Assembly: GCA_903831155.1 (NCBI GenBank)
Contig: CAIKWU010000569.1
Location: 1-47,388 of the forward strand
Direction of reading: 5' to 3'
Length of the DNA: 47,388 nt
From: an uncultured Planctomycetaceae bacterium
Lineage (GTDB): Bacteria; Planctomycetota; Planctomycetia; Pirellulales; UBA1268
Notes under the pieces: model-generated
Databases searched by the model: none
Told to the model about the DNA's origin: nothing
What the model saw: only the letters and a program-made list of their open reading frames with translations
In this document: one piece after another, positions 45,301 through 47,388 of the stretch
How positions within the stretch are numbered: position 1 is the first letter of the stretch
How the letters are laid out: each line of letters begins with the position of its first letter
Program-made: the position numbers and the translations under genes

Positions 45301-45991
45301 GGAGGATCGCGGCGACCTCGAGAGCCGCATCGAGGAGTTGCGCAGAAAGCTCGCCTCGATGACCTCGGTGAATCTCGCGGCCCTCCAGGAAGCCGACGAA
45401 CTCGCCGAACGCCTCGCGAAGCTGGAGGCCCAGCTCGCCGACGTCACCGGCGGAAAGGAGTCGATCGAGCAGCTCATCGCCCGCATCGACGACGAGAGCC
45501 GGCGGCTGCTCGGCGAGACGATCGAAACCGTCCGCAGCTACTTCCGCGACCTGTTCGAGCGGGTCTTCGGCGGCGGTCAGGCCGACATCGTGCTCGAGGA
45601 GGGAGTCGACCTCCTCGAGGCCGCGGTCGAGATCGTCGCCCGGCCGCCCGGCAAGGAGCCGAGGAGCATCTCCCTCCTCTCCGGCGGTGAGAAGACGATG
45701 ACGTGTGTCGCCCTCCTGCTGGCGATCTTCAAGTCGCGGCCGAGCCCGTTCTGCGTGCTCGACGAGGTCGATGCTGCCCTCGACGAGGCCAACGTCGACC
45801 GATTCGTGGGGGTGCTCCGCGACTTCCTCTCGTCCACGCAGTTCATCGTCGTCACGCATTCGAAAAAGACGATGGCTTCCGCCACCACCCTCTACGGGGT
45901 CACGATGGAGGAGTCGGGCGTGTCGAAGCGGGTGAGCGTGCGGTTCGAGTCGACCGCGGCGGCAGCCCGGCCCTCGTCCCGGGCGGCCTGA
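42344..45991 (+). CDS. smc: chromosome partition protein Smc
   Basis: 1215 aa. [13 protein letters not shown]...[24 protein letters not shown], long coiled coils, a hinge (GVLADLV...), [18 protein letters not shown] and [11 protein letters not shown]. The ATG overlaps the upstream stop (ATGA). Confidence 0.95.
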   Translation: [1215 protein letters not shown]

Positions 45992-45998
45992 CCCGGCT

Positions 45999-46028
45999 GG
46001 CCGACAGAGCTTTGTTTGACGGCTTTTT
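45999..46028 (+). terminator. candidate intrinsic terminator after smc
   Basis: An imperfect stem GGCCGACA / TGACGGC, with one A-A mismatch, is followed by TTTTT (46024-46028), 8 nt after the smc stop. T-runs are rare in this window. Confidence 0.35.
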
Positions 46029-46428
46029 CCGGTCCACCGGCGCCGCCGGCACAGGCCGGTCGAGCGCTGCCACCGTCGCGTCCGTGAAGAACGGCTCAAG
46101 TCTCACGACGTGATCTTTCGATCTACCCTCCTGGACGGCCATGCCACGGAGGCCATCGGGAGCGATCCCGTGACCTTCGGCGGTGTGGCGCAGGGGGGGA
46201 ACCTGCGAGTCAAGGCCACCGACGGTGGCGTCCTGCCCAAGGGACGCCCATTGTCGGTCGTCACTCTCATGCCCCCTCCGCGCCTCAGGCCGGCCTTCGT
46301 GGGGCACGACGACGCGGGCGTCCCACGAAGCAGTCCGCGTCACAGGGGGGCTGTGTTCGACGCTCGGAAGGGTGCGGACTGGCCAGGGACATATCCGGAC
46401 ACGAACGATCCCACAGGGAGTCCAGACG

Positions 46429-47001
46429 ATGAAGGTTTTCACGACAGGCCAGGTCGCCAAAATCTGTAAAGTCGCGCCACGAACCGTGAGCAAGTGGTTC
46501 GACTCCGGTCGCCTCAAGGGCTACCGCATTCCGGGCAGTCAGGACCGCCGCATTCCGCGGGAGTACCTGATCAAGTTCCTCAAGGAGCACGGCATGCCGC
46601 TGGGCGACCTCGAGGACGAGGCGATGGCCAAGGTGCTGCTCGTCGGTCAGGACCAGCTCCTGATCGAGAACCTCAAGAAGCAGCTCCCGGTCGAGCGGTC
46701 GTTCAAGATCCAGGTGGCCGCCAGCGGATTCGAGGCGGGCATTCAGGCCGAGAGCTTCCACCCCGACTGCATCGTGGTGGACTACTCGATCGGCAGGATC
46801 GACGCCCAGCAGATCTGCCAGAACCTCCGCCGGAATCCCGAGTACGCCGACACGATCGTGATCGCCCTGCTGCCGGACGACGGCTCGCAGATCACCGTCG
46901 ATCGGGCCCACGTCAACGAGAGCTTCAAGAAGCCCTTCGACGTGGCCCTGCTCGCCGAGCGTCTCCGCACGCTGATCGGTGCCCGCAAGGAACTGGTGTG
47001 A
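46429..47001 (+). CDS. response-regulator-like protein: N-terminal excisionase/MerR-type HTH fused to a receiver domain
   Basis: 190 aa from the ATG at 46429, with GGGAG upstream. The HTH reads FTTGQVAKICKVAPRTVSKWFDSGRLKGYRIPGSQDRRIPREYL. The REC domain has the acceptor CIVVDYSIG and FKKPF, but an atypical acidic pocket (LLVGQDQ). Confidence 0.8.
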   Translation: MKVFTTGQVAKICKVAPRTVSKWFDSGRLKGYRIPGSQDRRIPREYLIKFLKEHGMPLGDLEDEAMAKVLLVGQDQLLIENLKKQLPVERSFKIQVAASGFEAGIQAESFHPDCIVVDYSIGRIDAQQICQNLRRNPEYADTIVIALLPDDGSQITVDRAHVNESFKKPFDVALLAERLRTLIGARKELV

Positions 47002-47090
47002 CCGAACCGGGGGAGCCACACCAGGGGTTCCTCCGTCTGCCAGGCTCGCCGTCCGGGCGATCCTGACGGTCCACACGTCCGACCCCGAAC

Positions 47091-47125
47091 CGTCGGCCGG
47101 TCCGCGAGATGCGGATCGGCCGGCG
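47091..47125 (+). promoter_or_regulatory. 15-bp GC-rich hairpin (terminator of the upstream gene or attenuator element in the moaC leader)
   Basis: CGTCGGCCGGTCCGC-GAGAT-GCGGATCGGCCGGCG gives 15 pairs including two G-U. It ends 7 nt before the moaC Shine-Dalgarno GGAGG and is followed only by a weak T-run (CATTT). Confidence 0.35.
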
Positions 47126-47149
47126 GCATTTCGGAGGTATGCTGCCGGC

Positions 47150-47388
47150 ATGAGCGACCCGATCCACGGCATCCGAATGATCGACGTCGGCGGCAAGCCG
47201 GTCACGGCACGCACCGCCCGCGCCTCGGCAACCCTGGTCGCCCGGCCGGAAACGGTCGCCCGCATCCGTGCCGGAACCCTCGAGAAGGGCGATGCCGTCG
47301 CCACCGCGCGGATCGCCGGCATCATGGCGGCCAAGCGGACGAGCGAGTTCGTGCCGCTGTGCCACCCGCTGCCCCTCGAAGCCGTCGA
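47150..47388 (+). CDS. moaC: cyclic pyranopterin monophosphate synthase MoaC, N-terminal part (runs off the window)
   Basis: Manual translation gives MSDPIHGIRMIDVGGKPVTARTARA...KGDAVATARIAGIMAAKRTSEFVPLCHPLPL, a canonical MoaC sequence. It is open to the window end. Confidence 0.9.
   Translation, partial: MSDPIHGIRMIDVGGKPVTARTARASATLVARPETVARIRAGTLEKGDAVATARIAGIMAAKRTSEFVPLCHPLPLEAV

Noticed and set aside
46345-46367. GGGGGGCTGTGTTCGACGCTCGG, which resembles the 5' end of tmRNA (GGGGCUG...UUCGACG).
   Set aside because: No tRNA-like 3' end (T-arm/ACCA) follows. A 350-nt tmRNA would run through the well-supported HTH-REC CDS that starts at 46429.
46110-46469. 119-aa plus-strand ORF (GTG start) inside the smc/HTH-REC spacer.
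   Set aside because: It is not called as a feature. It has no recognisable motif, its 3' end overlaps the HTH-REC start out of frame, and GC3 decays in the second half. It is left as an alternative explanation in the corresponding finding.
1-47388. CRISPR arrays, tandem repeats, IS elements and phage genes.
   Set aside because: Reading through the window, I saw no regularly spaced direct repeats and no transposase, integrase, capsid or terminase-like translations. A computational repeat scan would still be needed to exclude short dispersed repeats.

Overview
A 47.4 kb, densely packed chromosomal segment, roughly 70% GC by eye. I found no transposase, integrase, prophage or CRISPR signal. I call 41 CDS (two cut by the window edges), one tRNA-Lys(CTT) and the RNase P RNA (rnpB). 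Most long entries in the six-frame track are Arg/Pro/Gly/Ser-rich shadow ORFs lying antisense or out of frame to real genes. Content is mainly housekeeping: IMPase, galK, PhoH2, fabI, MutT-like Nudix, rnpA-yidD, a J-protein, ppk, rsgA, hflX, rimI, smc and moaC. Interleaved are two islands of tetrahydromethanopterin (H4MPT)-linked C1 genes. Island one holds a CitG-like gene, a PTPS-like gene, mch and a RimK-like ligase. Island two holds fae, a methylene-H4MPT dehydrogenase and an ATP-grasp gene. This combination, plus the many large envelope and lipoprotein ORFs, suggests a Planctomycetota-like genome (inference only). The candidates most worth follow-up are listed below.

- A two-gene SbcD/SbcC-like (YhaO/YhaN-type) module (5081-9809). 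The nuclease-like subunit appears to have lost its metal-ligand motifs, and the 1137-aa ATPase carries a predicted double transmembrane hairpin in the middle of its coiled coil.
- A lipoprotein with a FlgI (P-ring)-like N-terminal domain fused to HEAT repeats, translationally coupled to smc.
- A GT2 plus GT-C-like glycosyltransferase fusion.
- A DtxR-family repressor wedged into the H4MPT cluster.
- An FHA-rsgA-hflX operon.
- Two structured non-coding leaders, at 45992-46428 and 47002-47149.

Every functional call rests on recognising motifs by eye. No database search was run.
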